26,668 nucleotides of DNA. Source: a virus (lineage: Duplodnaviria > Caudoviricetes). Position numbers and translations under genes: made by a program. Shown piece by piece: positions 7,971 through 15,337 of the stretch; positions within the stretch are counted from its first letter, which is position 1; the number at the start of each line of letters is the position of its first letter. Location: positions 1 to 26,668 of IMG/VR virus record IMGVR_UViG_3300009435_000044. The stretch is one strand, 5' to 3'. The notes below the pieces were generated by a model. The model worked only from the letters and a program-made list of their open reading frames with translations. It had not been told where the DNA came from and made no database searches.

Positions 7971-8036
7971 ACTTTAACATTTCTTTAACATATTAATTAA
8001 AAATGTATTTGTATTTTAGCTAAGAATTTAAAACTA
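7967..8036 (+). promoter_or_regulatory. TTAACA-N5-TTAACA site plus variant promoter
   Basis: TTAACA at 7974 and 7985; TATTTTAG 8012-8019; leader shared with the 5309 promoter. Confidence 0.6.
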
Positions 8037-8043
8037 AATAATT

Positions 8044-8214
8044 ATGAACGCACAAATAATTTTAATACTATTTTTTGCATTATGTTTTATTATAATGACG
8101 ATAAAATATAGTATAGAAAAAAAACGATACGAAAACGCAAACTTTAATAGAAAGTACTGGTTAAAAAAGTATAAACAAACGTTAAGTAAACTAAATAGTT
8201 TACAAAATAATTAA
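8044..8214 (+). CDS. 56-aa single-pass membrane protein, not in the ORF track
   Basis: MNAQIILILFFALCFIIMTI hydrophobic segment followed by a basic tail. Confidence 0.65.
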   Translation: MNAQIILILFFALCFIIMTIKYSIEKKRYENANFNRKYWLKKYKQTLSKLNSLQNN

Positions 8215-8230
8215 AAGTAAATAGATTTGT

Positions 8231-8292
8231 TTACAACGGAATAGGATATGGAAAGTTGGCTTTTCGCCAATTTTTTATATGCGTTGTTAGGT
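8231..8292 (-). repeat. attC-like recombination site
   Basis: Minus strand ACCTAAC-AACGC-ATATAAAAAATTGGC-GAAAA-GCCAACTTTCCATAT-CCTATTCC-GTTGTAA: RYYYAAC, 5-nt spacer, hairpin, GTT core. Confidence 0.65.
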
Positions 8293-9259
8293 TTAGTTTT
8301 TTAAAAAAGCCCATTTGTGAGGCACGAACAAAAATACACAAAGATATGAATGTAATAAGTTTATTTAATGGAATGGGAACGTTAAGACAAGCATTTGCAG
8401 ATATGAATATTAAGGTTGATAAATACTATAGTAGTGAAATAAAACCTTATGCAATAGAATTACAACAACATCATTTTCCAGATGTTATACAAGTTGGAGA
8501 TATTAATAATTGGAAAGAATGGGATATTGATTGGAAAACTATTGATTTTATTGGCAGTGGTTCTCCTTGCCAAGATTTAAGCGCAGCCGGAAATAGAGTT
8601 GGTTTAAATGGTAAAAAAAGTAGTTTGTTTTTTGTTTTTGTAGAAATACTAAACCACGTGAAAAAACTAAACCCTAATGTTAAATTTTTTCAAGAAAATG
8701 TTGGAAGTGCAAATACTTATGATGTTGGAGTTATGAGTAGAGAATTGGGAGTTTACCCTGTTAGATTTAATAGTAGTTTAGTTTCAGCACAACAAAGAGA
8801 CAGGTATTATTGGACTAATATAAAAACAAAACAAGATGGAATGTTTGGAGATTTAGTTGTAGATATACCAAAACCTAAAGACAAAAAAATTAAATTTCAA
8901 GACATTTTAACAAGTGGATATACTAACAGAGAGAAAGCAAGATGTATATTGGAAAGTGAAGAAAGACCTTTAAAAGATAAATACAAGTTGTTTAAAAGAT
9001 ACAATGAAATTGGAATGATAAATATTGTTTTTGATAAAGAAGATTATTCATTTACTGAAAATATAAGAATATTAAATAAGGTTGAACTTTGTAGATTGCA
9101 AGGTTTTTCAGATAATTATTGTGATATATTAACAAGAAACAAAAGTGCTAGTTTATTAGGTGATGGTTGGACTTTACCTATAATTATTCATATTTTATCC
9201 TTTATGGATTATGAGTAAGCACGAGAGATTGGTGGGCTTTTTTAAAATATTAAACCTAA
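8237..9259. mobile_element. Integron-like gene cassette carrying a C5 methyltransferase
   Basis: One gene bracketed by GTTAGGT (8286-8292) and ACCTAAC (9254-9260), extended into a 26/28-bp inverted repeat, plus the attC-like hairpin. Confidence 0.65.
8346..9218 (+). CDS. DNA (cytosine-5)-methyltransferase
   Basis: Motif I SLFNGMG, IV GSPCQDLS, VI ENV, VIII QQRDRYY, RLQGF and LGDGW; start moved from 8256 to ATG 8346. Confidence 0.92.
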   Translation: MNVISLFNGMGTLRQAFADMNIKVDKYYSSEIKPYAIELQQHHFPDVIQVGDINNWKEWDIDWKTIDFIGSGSPCQDLSAAGNRVGLNGKKSSLFFVFVEILNHVKKLNPNVKFFQENVGSANTYDVGVMSRELGVYPVRFNSSLVSAQQRDRYYWTNIKTKQDGMFGDLVVDIPKPKDKKIKFQDILTSGYTNREKARCILESEERPLKDKYKLFKRYNEIGMINIVFDKEDYSFTENIRILNKVELCRLQGFSDNYCDILTRNKSASLLGDGWTLPIIIHILSFMDYE

Positions 9260-9328
9260 CTACTTATAACGTCAACTACAAACTATGCAACTAACTGATT
9301 ATCAATTCGTTTTCATTCCAAAAAAAAT

Positions 9329-9718
9329 ATGACACCAGAACAATACACCCAACAACACCAAGAATGGCTTTTAAACGAACTTTTAAGCAATAATAAAGAA
9401 AAAGCTAAGTACATACTTGAAAACATACCAAACATTGATGTAGATTTAGATTATGATAATAGAACTACAGGAGTTTACAGAAACGATAGCTACGAGTTAG
9501 AAATAGATAACTACTTTTTAATCTTTGAGTTGAACGTAACAAGATATGGTTATGAGATTGCAGGAGATTATGAAACACCAACGGAATATGTAGAAACTTC
9601 TAAAGACATTTATGTAGATTTAAAAGAAGTGTATCACTACGAGGATGTTATTGCTTTAGATAGAGTAAGCATTGCTAAGATAGAAAAACAAATTAAAGAT
9701 AATGTAAACGTGTTTTGA
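9329..9718 (+). CDS. Hypothetical acidic protein
   Basis: ORF track; A-rich leader. Confidence 0.75.
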   Translation: MTPEQYTQQHQEWLLNELLSNNKEKAKYILENIPNIDVDLDYDNRTTGVYRNDSYELEIDNYFLIFELNVTRYGYEIAGDYETPTEYVETSKDIYVDLKEVYHYEDVIALDRVSIAKIEKQIKDNVNVF

Positions 9719-9915
9719 TAGATAAGTTTGAATTATATTTTAATAGTATAGATATACCACAAGAATTTAAGATTAGTGATTGTGAGTATTGTTATGACTT
9801 ACCTAAGCTAATAACATCTCATTTAAGCTGCTTAAAAGCTAATTCTGGTAATAGAAGATACTTGGCATATTATGATAGATTACACCTAATATACAACACC
9901 CTCAAAAACAAATAA
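9715..9915 (+). CDS. Small conserved-looking Bacteroidota-type hypothetical protein
   Basis: TTGA overlap with the upstream gene; F....IP..F.I..C....D......SHL..L.AN.GN..Y..Y..RL pattern. Confidence 0.6.
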   Translation: MIDKFELYFNSIDIPQEFKISDCEYCYDLPKLITSHLSCLKANSGNRRYLAYYDRLHLIYNTLKNK

Positions 9916-9934
9916 ATAAAAAATGGTTATCTTA
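9905..9934 (+). promoter_or_regulatory. Candidate phage late promoter
   Basis: AAAACA-N15-GTTAT-CT-TA upstream of the terminase genes. Confidence 0.7.
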
Positions 9935-9950
9935 TTGTAAAAATAATACA

Positions 9951-10343
9951 ATGGGAGAATCAAGAGAAATAAAGCCTACAGATGGAAGAAAGCATAATTC
10001 AAGGAAAGAGCCAATTCCATTAAAACCTGTTCCAGACAGACCGAGAAGTAATAAACCTGCCTTAAATCAAGCTAAAAAGAATCGTAGAAAGACTTATGCT
10101 AAGAAAGCTATAAAGAATATCTTTGGCAATGAGGTGGCTATGTTTGAAGCATTAGCTAAGAAAGCTAAAGAAGGTTCTTACAACCACATGAAGCTACTTA
10201 CAGACATGGCTTACGAAGAAGATAAGGTAAACACTACAAATATCAATAAAGCACCTGTAATAAATTTCTTTGGCAGTAACGATATAGAGAAGAAAGTTAA
10301 AGATAGAATTATTGACGTAACACCAAAGGATGATGCAGAATAA
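9951..10343 (+). CDS. Probable terminase small subunit
   Basis: Basic N-terminus and helical core; overlaps the start of terL. Confidence 0.6.
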   Translation: MGESREIKPTDGRKHNSRKEPIPLKPVPDRPRSNKPALNQAKKNRRKTYAKKAIKNIFGNEVAMFEALAKKAKEGSYNHMKLLTDMAYEEDKVNTTNINKAPVINFFGSNDIEKKVKDRIIDVTPKDDAE

Positions 10344-11547
10344 TATTAGCATCAACGAGAAATATACACCCTTATTTACCAACGATACAAGATACTACAT
10401 TCTTACAGGTGGTAGGGGTAGTTCTAAGTCTTTCTCTGTTAATGTTTTTTTACTCAACCTTACTTATGAGAAAGGACATAAGATATTATTTACTCGTTAC
10501 ACGATGATTTCTGCTGCAACATCTATTATTCCAGAGTTTATTGAGAAGATTGATTTAATGGGTGTTAATAATGATTTTAGGATAACTAAGGATGAGATTA
10601 TGAATCTTACAACAGGCTCATCCATAATATTTAAAGGTATTAGAACATCATCTGGGAATCAAACCGCAGCACTTAAATCTCTTAATGGTATTACTACTTT
10701 TGTTGTAGATGAGGCAGAGGAGCTTGTAGATGAAGCTACATTTGATAAGATTGACTTTTCTATACGTTCACAGTTAAAGCAGAACAGAGTTATTCTTATA
10801 CTTAATCCAACAACTAAGGAGCATTGGATATACAAGAGATGGTTTGAGAACGGAATGGTTCAAGATGGCTCTAACACAGTTAAAAATGATACAACGTACA
10901 TACATACAACCTATAAAGACAATATAAAGAATTTATCTGAATCCTTTTTAAAGAGGGTTATGGATATGAAAAAACGCAGACCAGATAAATATCAACATCA
11001 GATTCTTGGTGGGTGGTTAGCTAAAGCAGAGGGTACAATTATAAGTAATTGGAAGGTTGGAGATTTTATACCTACAGAAACTACTTGTTACGGGCAAGAC
11101 TTTGGATTTGCACAAGATGAAACAACATTAATAAAGATTTCTATAGATAAACACGCAAGAAAGATTTGGGTAAAAGAGATTTACGGCAAGAAAGGAATGA
11201 GTACTACAGAGATAGCTACATTAAACAAAAGGGAATGTGGTATGGATTTGATTATTTGTGATAACTCTGAACCTCGTCTTATTAATGAGTTAAAGAATTT
11301 AGGATTAAACATAAGACCAACTATTAAGAAGTCTGGTAGTATATTAAGTGGTATTGCTTTAATGCAAGACTATCAAATTATAGTTGACAGAAACTCTTAT
11401 GGTATTGTAAAGGAATTTAATAATTATGTATGGAAAGATAAGGGAGAAGTGCCTGTAGATGCGTTTAACCACTACATTGATGCCATACGTTATGCTATGA
11501 TGTATTTATTACAAGGAATTAATAGTGGTGTGTATGTGATACGTTAA
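10330..11547 (+). CDS. terL: Terminase large subunit, PBSX/SPP1-like
   Basis: Walker A GGRGSSKS, Walker B VVDEAEE, LNP motif, nuclease motifs GQDFG, DNSEP, NHYIDAIRYA. Confidence 0.93.
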   Translation: MMQNNISINEKYTPLFTNDTRYYILTGGRGSSKSFSVNVFLLNLTYEKGHKILFTRYTMISAATSIIPEFIEKIDLMGVNNDFRITKDEIMNLTTGSSIIFKGIRTSSGNQTAALKSLNGITTFVVDEAEELVDEATFDKIDFSIRSQLKQNRVILILNPTTKEHWIYKRWFENGMVQDGSNTVKNDTTYIHTTYKDNIKNLSESFLKRVMDMKKRRPDKYQHQILGGWLAKAEGTIISNWKVGDFIPTETTCYGQDFGFAQDETTLIKISIDKHARKIWVKEIYGKKGMSTTEIATLNKRECGMDLIICDNSEPRLINELKNLGLNIRPTIKKSGSILSGIALMQDYQIIVDRNSYGIVKEFNNYVWKDKGEVPVDAFNHYIDAIRYAMMYLLQGINSGVYVIR

Positions 11548-11570
11548 TAAATAGTTAATTTTTATACGAT

Positions 11571-11606
11571 AAGGGTGTTTTAAAGAGATTTAAGGCACTT
11601 TTTTTA
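11571..11606 (+). terminator. Terminator after terL
   Basis: AAGGGTGTTTTAAA-GAGA-TTTAAGGCACTTTT followed by a T run. Confidence 0.6.
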
Positions 11607-11652
11607 TTTTTATATATTCTGTGTCCAAAATACAATTAAGATTGCTTAGAGC

Positions 11653-12041
11653 GTTTAATATGATGCCTTATGTTTAATATGATAGGGTTATGCACCTGTG
11701 TATGTGTAATTGTGATTCTCAATTAATGGTTTATTATTCCATTCTCTAAAAGATAGATTAAAGTTTTTCTTACTTAATTTAATTGTATCTGAATTTACTT
11801 CAAGCTCTCCAGCAATAACTCCAGCATCTTTATCTAACTTGGTTAGTCTGTTTAAAAACACGAATGCTTTTGTTTCTCTTTCTATTATAAAAAAATTATA
11901 AATAGTTCTGTCGTAACCTGATGACCTGTAAAAAATAGTTTGTTTCATTTTATTTATGTTTAATATGATGGGGTATTCGTGTTTAATATGATGCCTTCCA
12001 TGCGTTTAATATGGAGGGGGTTGCGTTTAATATGGAGGGGG
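11653..12041. repeat. Six-copy GTTTAATATG direct-repeat array split by a gene
   Basis: Copies at 11653, 11672, 11958, 11981, 12004 and 12025. Confidence 0.9.
11688..11948 (-). CDS. Hypothetical protein inside the repeat array
   Basis: 86-aa ORF with ATAAATAAAATG leader. Confidence 0.7.
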   Translation of the reverse strand: MKQTIFYRSSGYDRTIYNFFIIERETKAFVFLNRLTKLDKDAGVIAGELEVNSDTIKLSKKNFNLSFREWNNKPLIENHNYTYTGA

Positions 12042-12262
12042 CGGTAGTATGTAATACAAATTACCTTATTTAGATTGGTTATAAATAACAAAAATTTACA
12101 TAAATAAATTAGTTTTTTACAATTCCTATTTTTTACATAATTATTTTTACAATTTATACTCATTATAAATAAAAAAATTTTAATATTAATTATTTTGTAA
12201 ATTAGTTTTTATTTTGTATTCGTGTGCGTGTTCCTTTATTACTAAAATATTTTTGTTTACAC

Positions 12263-12295
12263 TTGACAAATTTACTTTTGACAAATTTACTTTTG
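12263..12295. repeat. 15-bp tandem duplication TTGACAAATTTACTT
   Basis: Two exact copies plus TTG; each reads TAAATTTG (TAnnTTTG) on the minus strand. Confidence 0.8.
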
Positions 12296-12350
12296 TTATT
12301 TTATTGCGTCACTACATTAATTAAAAAAAAATGTAAACTTTTTTTTTATT

Positions 12351-12384
12351 TTTGTTGTGTATTTAAAAAATAGTTGTATCTTTG
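12351..12384 (+). promoter_or_regulatory. Host-type promoter of the early-like block
   Basis: TTTG/TTG near 12351-12357 and TATCTTTG 12377-12384. Confidence 0.7.
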
Positions 12385-12413
12385 TCATGTAATAATCTTA
12401 AAACTATAATAAA

Positions 12414-12521
12414 ATGAAAAATTTTAACACAGCACAGAAAATAACAATTGTAATTTTTACAGTTCTATTAATCGTATTAGTAGTAAACCAATATTTAAAC
12501 AATTTTAATTTCACACTTTAA
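12414..12521 (+). CDS. 35-aa membrane peptide, copy A
   Basis: MKNFNTAQKITIVIFTVLLIVLVVNQYLNNFNFTL. Confidence 0.75.
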   Translation: MKNFNTAQKITIVIFTVLLIVLVVNQYLNNFNFTL

Positions 12522-12547
12522 TTTTACACTTTAAAAACTATAACAAA

Positions 12548-12655
12548 ATGAGAAATTTCAACACAGCACAAAAAATAACAATTATAATTTTTGCAGTTTT
12601 ATTAATCGCATTAACAGTAAACCAGTACTTGAATAATTTTAATTTTACACTTTAA
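12548..12655 (+). CDS. 35-aa membrane peptide, copy B
   Basis: MRNFNTAQKITIIIFAVLLIALTVNQYLNNFNFTL; 30/35 identical to copy A. Confidence 0.75.
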   Translation: MRNFNTAQKITIIIFAVLLIALTVNQYLNNFNFTL

Positions 12656-12667
12656 AAAACAAACAAC

Positions 12668-12943
12668 ATGAAACAGTTAACAAAAAAAGATTTTAAAAAA
12701 GGGACTCAATTTATGTACAAAAGTAAAAATTCGTGTACATTATTTGAGATAAAAGACGGATGCATCACTACTAAAATATTGTTTAGCGATGGTATTAAAT
12801 GTATTAATTCAAACCAGTATAATTTAAACTCAATAACGGATAAATACTTGTGTATATGGGATATTCAATTCGGACAAAAAAGAAATTACAAAGTCTCTTT
12901 AAATGACTTAATAATAGTAAATATTGAAACAATAACAATTTAA
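12668..12943 (+). CDS. Hypothetical protein
   Basis: TAAAAAACAAACAAC leader; 91-aa ORF. Confidence 0.75.
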   Translation: MKQLTKKDFKKGTQFMYKSKNSCTLFEIKDGCITTKILFSDGIKCINSNQYNLNSITDKYLCIWDIQFGQKRNYKVSLNDLIIVNIETITI

Positions 12944-12956
12944 AAATCAAAACAAC

Positions 12957-13778
12957 ATGAAAAAAGTATTCACAAATGCAAACGATGTAATTCATTTATT
13001 CGCTCAGCAAACACAAACACACGCAAACAGCTCAAACGTATTTTTTGAATATAAAAATTTATATTCATATGGATATCATTATTTATTGGCTCAATTTATA
13101 GATGACAATACCATAATGATAAACGATAAAGGCTATTCAGTAACAACTTCAAAACATATAGGAATTGCAAGATATGCAACAAGTCAATTTAAACAGTTTT
13201 ACAAGACAAAAACAGATTTGCAAATAGTTTTTAATTCTATTAAAGAAAACGAAAGTAAACTTGCAAATGCCCGTAAACCAGAAATTTACATAACTAACAT
13301 AAAAAGTCTTTATAGTACTTTAATTGAGTACCATACATATAAAAAACAATTAACAAAGCTAAAAAGTACTAAAGAATTTAAATACATTAAAAAAGTATTT
13401 GATAACTTAGAAAATTTTAAAGACTATAAAACAAAATTAAAGTCTATTCAGAAAGTTATTAAAGCAAAACAACAAAAAGAAATAAAGAGAAAATTGGCTA
13501 AATTTTATAAATATGAAATAAATTCTATTAGAGTAGGAAATAAAGACTTTTTAAGAGTTTCTAAAGATAAAACAAATGTAGAAACTACTCAAGGCGTTAA
13601 AGTATCTGTAAAGGATGCAAAAAAGCTTTACTACATGATAAAAAACAATATTGATATTAAAGGCTATAAAATTGGATATTATATAGTGAATTCAATTAAC
13701 GGCACTTTAAAAATAGGCTGCCACAATATCGACATTAATTCTGTACATAAAGTAGGTAAACAAATAATAAAACTTTAA
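12957..13778 (+). CDS. Hypothetical phage protein (YSYG.H...YSVTTSKH and IGCH motifs)
   Basis: 273-aa basic ORF with an A-rich leader. Confidence 0.85.
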   Translation: MKKVFTNANDVIHLFAQQTQTHANSSNVFFEYKNLYSYGYHYLLAQFIDDNTIMINDKGYSVTTSKHIGIARYATSQFKQFYKTKTDLQIVFNSIKENESKLANARKPEIYITNIKSLYSTLIEYHTYKKQLTKLKSTKEFKYIKKVFDNLENFKDYKTKLKSIQKVIKAKQQKEIKRKLAKFYKYEINSIRVGNKDFLRVSKDKTNVETTQGVKVSVKDAKKLYYMIKNNIDIKGYKIGYYIVNSINGTLKIGCHNIDINSVHKVGKQIIKL

Positions 13779-13789
13779 AAATAAATAAC

Positions 13790-13999
13790 ATGGAACAAAA
13801 AATAAAAGTAACGCCAAAACAATTAATAAGCATTTATACAAGTAAGAAAGATTTTTTACTTTATAGAATAGAAAATAATAAATTGGTATCTTATATGCTT
13901 ACTAATGACTTAACACGACACAGAAACCAATTCAATAATAATTTTAAATTATTGGTTGATGTAAAAAAACAACTAAATAAATTAACTATAAAAATATAA
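13790..13999 (+). CDS. Hypothetical protein
   Basis: ORF track; A-rich leader. Confidence 0.7.
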   Translation: MEQKIKVTPKQLISIYTSKKDFLLYRIENNKLVSYMLTNDLTRHRNQFNNNFKLLVDVKKQLNKLTIKI

Positions 14000-14036
14000 C
14001 AACATATATAAAAGAATTAATATAAAATAAAAAAAA

Positions 14037-14189
14037 ATGAATTATTATAAAAAAAACTTAGAAAATTTAGGTATATTAAAAATAAATGATAGTATACAAA
14101 TAATTTTTGAGGGCAAAAAAACTAACTATTTTGCACTTAATAAAGAAAGTTTAAAAGAATTAAAAAACTGGATAAACAAAATAAAATAA
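14037..14189 (+). CDS. Hypothetical 50-aa protein, not in the ORF track
   Basis: MNYYKKNLENLGILKINDSIQIIFEGKKTNYFALNKESLKELKNWINKIK. Confidence 0.6.
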   Translation: MNYYKKNLENLGILKINDSIQIIFEGKKTNYFALNKESLKELKNWINKIK

Positions 14190-14225
14190 AAACATTATGC
14201 AAATTAACTATAAAAATGTAATAAT

Positions 14226-14726
14226 ATGAAAACTATTTTAAAAATAAAACAAGATTATAATGGTGACTTATCTTACCAATATTTTACGGACGAAATAAAT
14301 TATTTAGTTAACCAAATTGATATTTACTGCGAAATAAAAAATAATAATTTTTTAAATATAGTAGGCCAAGAAAAGAACTATAATTCAAGCAAAGATCAAT
14401 ATAAAAATAAAACTATTGTAGATGCGACTGGTTACTCTCAGGGCGACTGGCAAACCTATGTTTTACATCATAATTTAAAGGAAACGAATAAAGACTTGAT
14501 TTGTTTATGTAACGAGCTTAAAAAATCTTTTACGCATTTTAACGACTACACGGCGCAAATAATAAAACGCACCGAGATAGCCGGTATCTTGTATGAGTCC
14601 GAAACTATAGACAATTTTTCTTTTTCTATTAGGGATATAGAATTCCCAGACAAAAAGAATATATTAGAAACCTATAACGATATTTATGGCATCAATTACG
14701 ACAATTACGAAATATATGTAACTTAA
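14226..14726 (+). CDS. Hypothetical protein with GYSQGDW motif
   Basis: 166-aa ORF ending just before a terminator. Confidence 0.8.
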   Translation: MKTILKIKQDYNGDLSYQYFTDEINYLVNQIDIYCEIKNNNFLNIVGQEKNYNSSKDQYKNKTIVDATGYSQGDWQTYVLHHNLKETNKDLICLCNELKKSFTHFNDYTAQIIKRTEIAGILYESETIDNFSFSIRDIEFPDKKNILETYNDIYGINYDNYEIYVT

Positions 14727-14743
14727 AATAATTAACTAAAATT

Positions 14744-14768
14744 AGCCCTATTTTTTAGGGCTTTTTTT
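14744..14768 (+). terminator. Intrinsic terminator closing the early-like block
   Basis: AGCCCTA-TTTTT-TAGGGCT followed by T6. Confidence 0.85.
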
Positions 14769-15149
14769 ATGCTTTATTACTATGCATTACATAGTACTAT
14801 TTATAACAATTATTTTTTAATGTGTTGATATTCAGATGGGATATAGTAGTGTGAGTTAAACCCCTATTTTAAAGCCATTTAACACACATTTAAGCCACTA
14901 TAAATACATTCTAATGGTAAGGTACTATATAGGTTATTGAGTAGCTTAAAACGGCTATTTGACGTAATATGGGTGTTGGTATATGTAAGTAACTCAATTA
15001 AGTGAATTCAACGTAAAACTGATAATGGTGGATGTAAGTAATCCATTTCTATGATTTCAAACGATAATGAAATAGTGAAATATCTTTTTGTTATAAAGTG
15101 GTAATATAGATTTGAAAATATATAAATATATCGAGTATATTATTGTAAT

Positions 15150-15335
15150 GAAGTATGCACCCTCCTGTCTTTAGATATAAAAGAAATGCCTAATCTAATA
15201 TGTAGATTTATTAGCTTGAATACTATTTGGGTGCAACGAAAGACTAAGGTTAATAGTGCAATACTAAAAGCGGCAGTTATCTGAACCAAGTATATCTCTA
15301 TACAAGTTTGGTAGGTTAAAGAGAACTACTGCTCT
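15150..15335 (-). ncRNA. Candidate structured non-coding RNA (hairpin plus pseudoknot)
   Basis: Downstream of a late-promoter motif; TGCACCC/GGGTGCA and GTCTTT/AAAGAC interleaved pairings; long hairpin 15269-15333. Confidence 0.45.
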
Positions 15336-15337
15336 AT

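Noticed and set aside
8256-8345. N-terminal extension of the methyltransferase in the ORF track
   Set aside because: It reads through the attC-like hairpin and repeat arm; motif I begins right after ATG 8346.
8286-9260. Insertion sequence or MITE with terminal inverted repeats
   Set aside because: No transposase and no target-site duplication (GCGTT on the left, TACTT on the right); the adjacent hairpin and GTT/AAC cores fit a cassette better.
8346-9718. Complete restriction-modification system
   Set aside because: No recognisable endonuclease lies next to the methyltransferase, and the cassette boundaries enclose only that gene.
11653-12041. CRISPR mini-array interpretation of the GTTTAATATG repeats
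   Set aside because: The conserved unit is only 10-17 nt and the period 19-23 nt, leaving no room for spacers; no cas genes are present.
11960-12163. Minus-strand 67-aa ORF
   Set aside because: It is a translation of the DNA repeats (PLHIKR twice) and AT-rich intergenic sequence.
15156-15244. HDV-like or hammerhead ribozyme assignment for the pseudoknot
   Set aside because: The 56-nt insert does not fit the short HDV P3/L3, and no CUGANGA core was seen; left as an unclassified RNA candidate.
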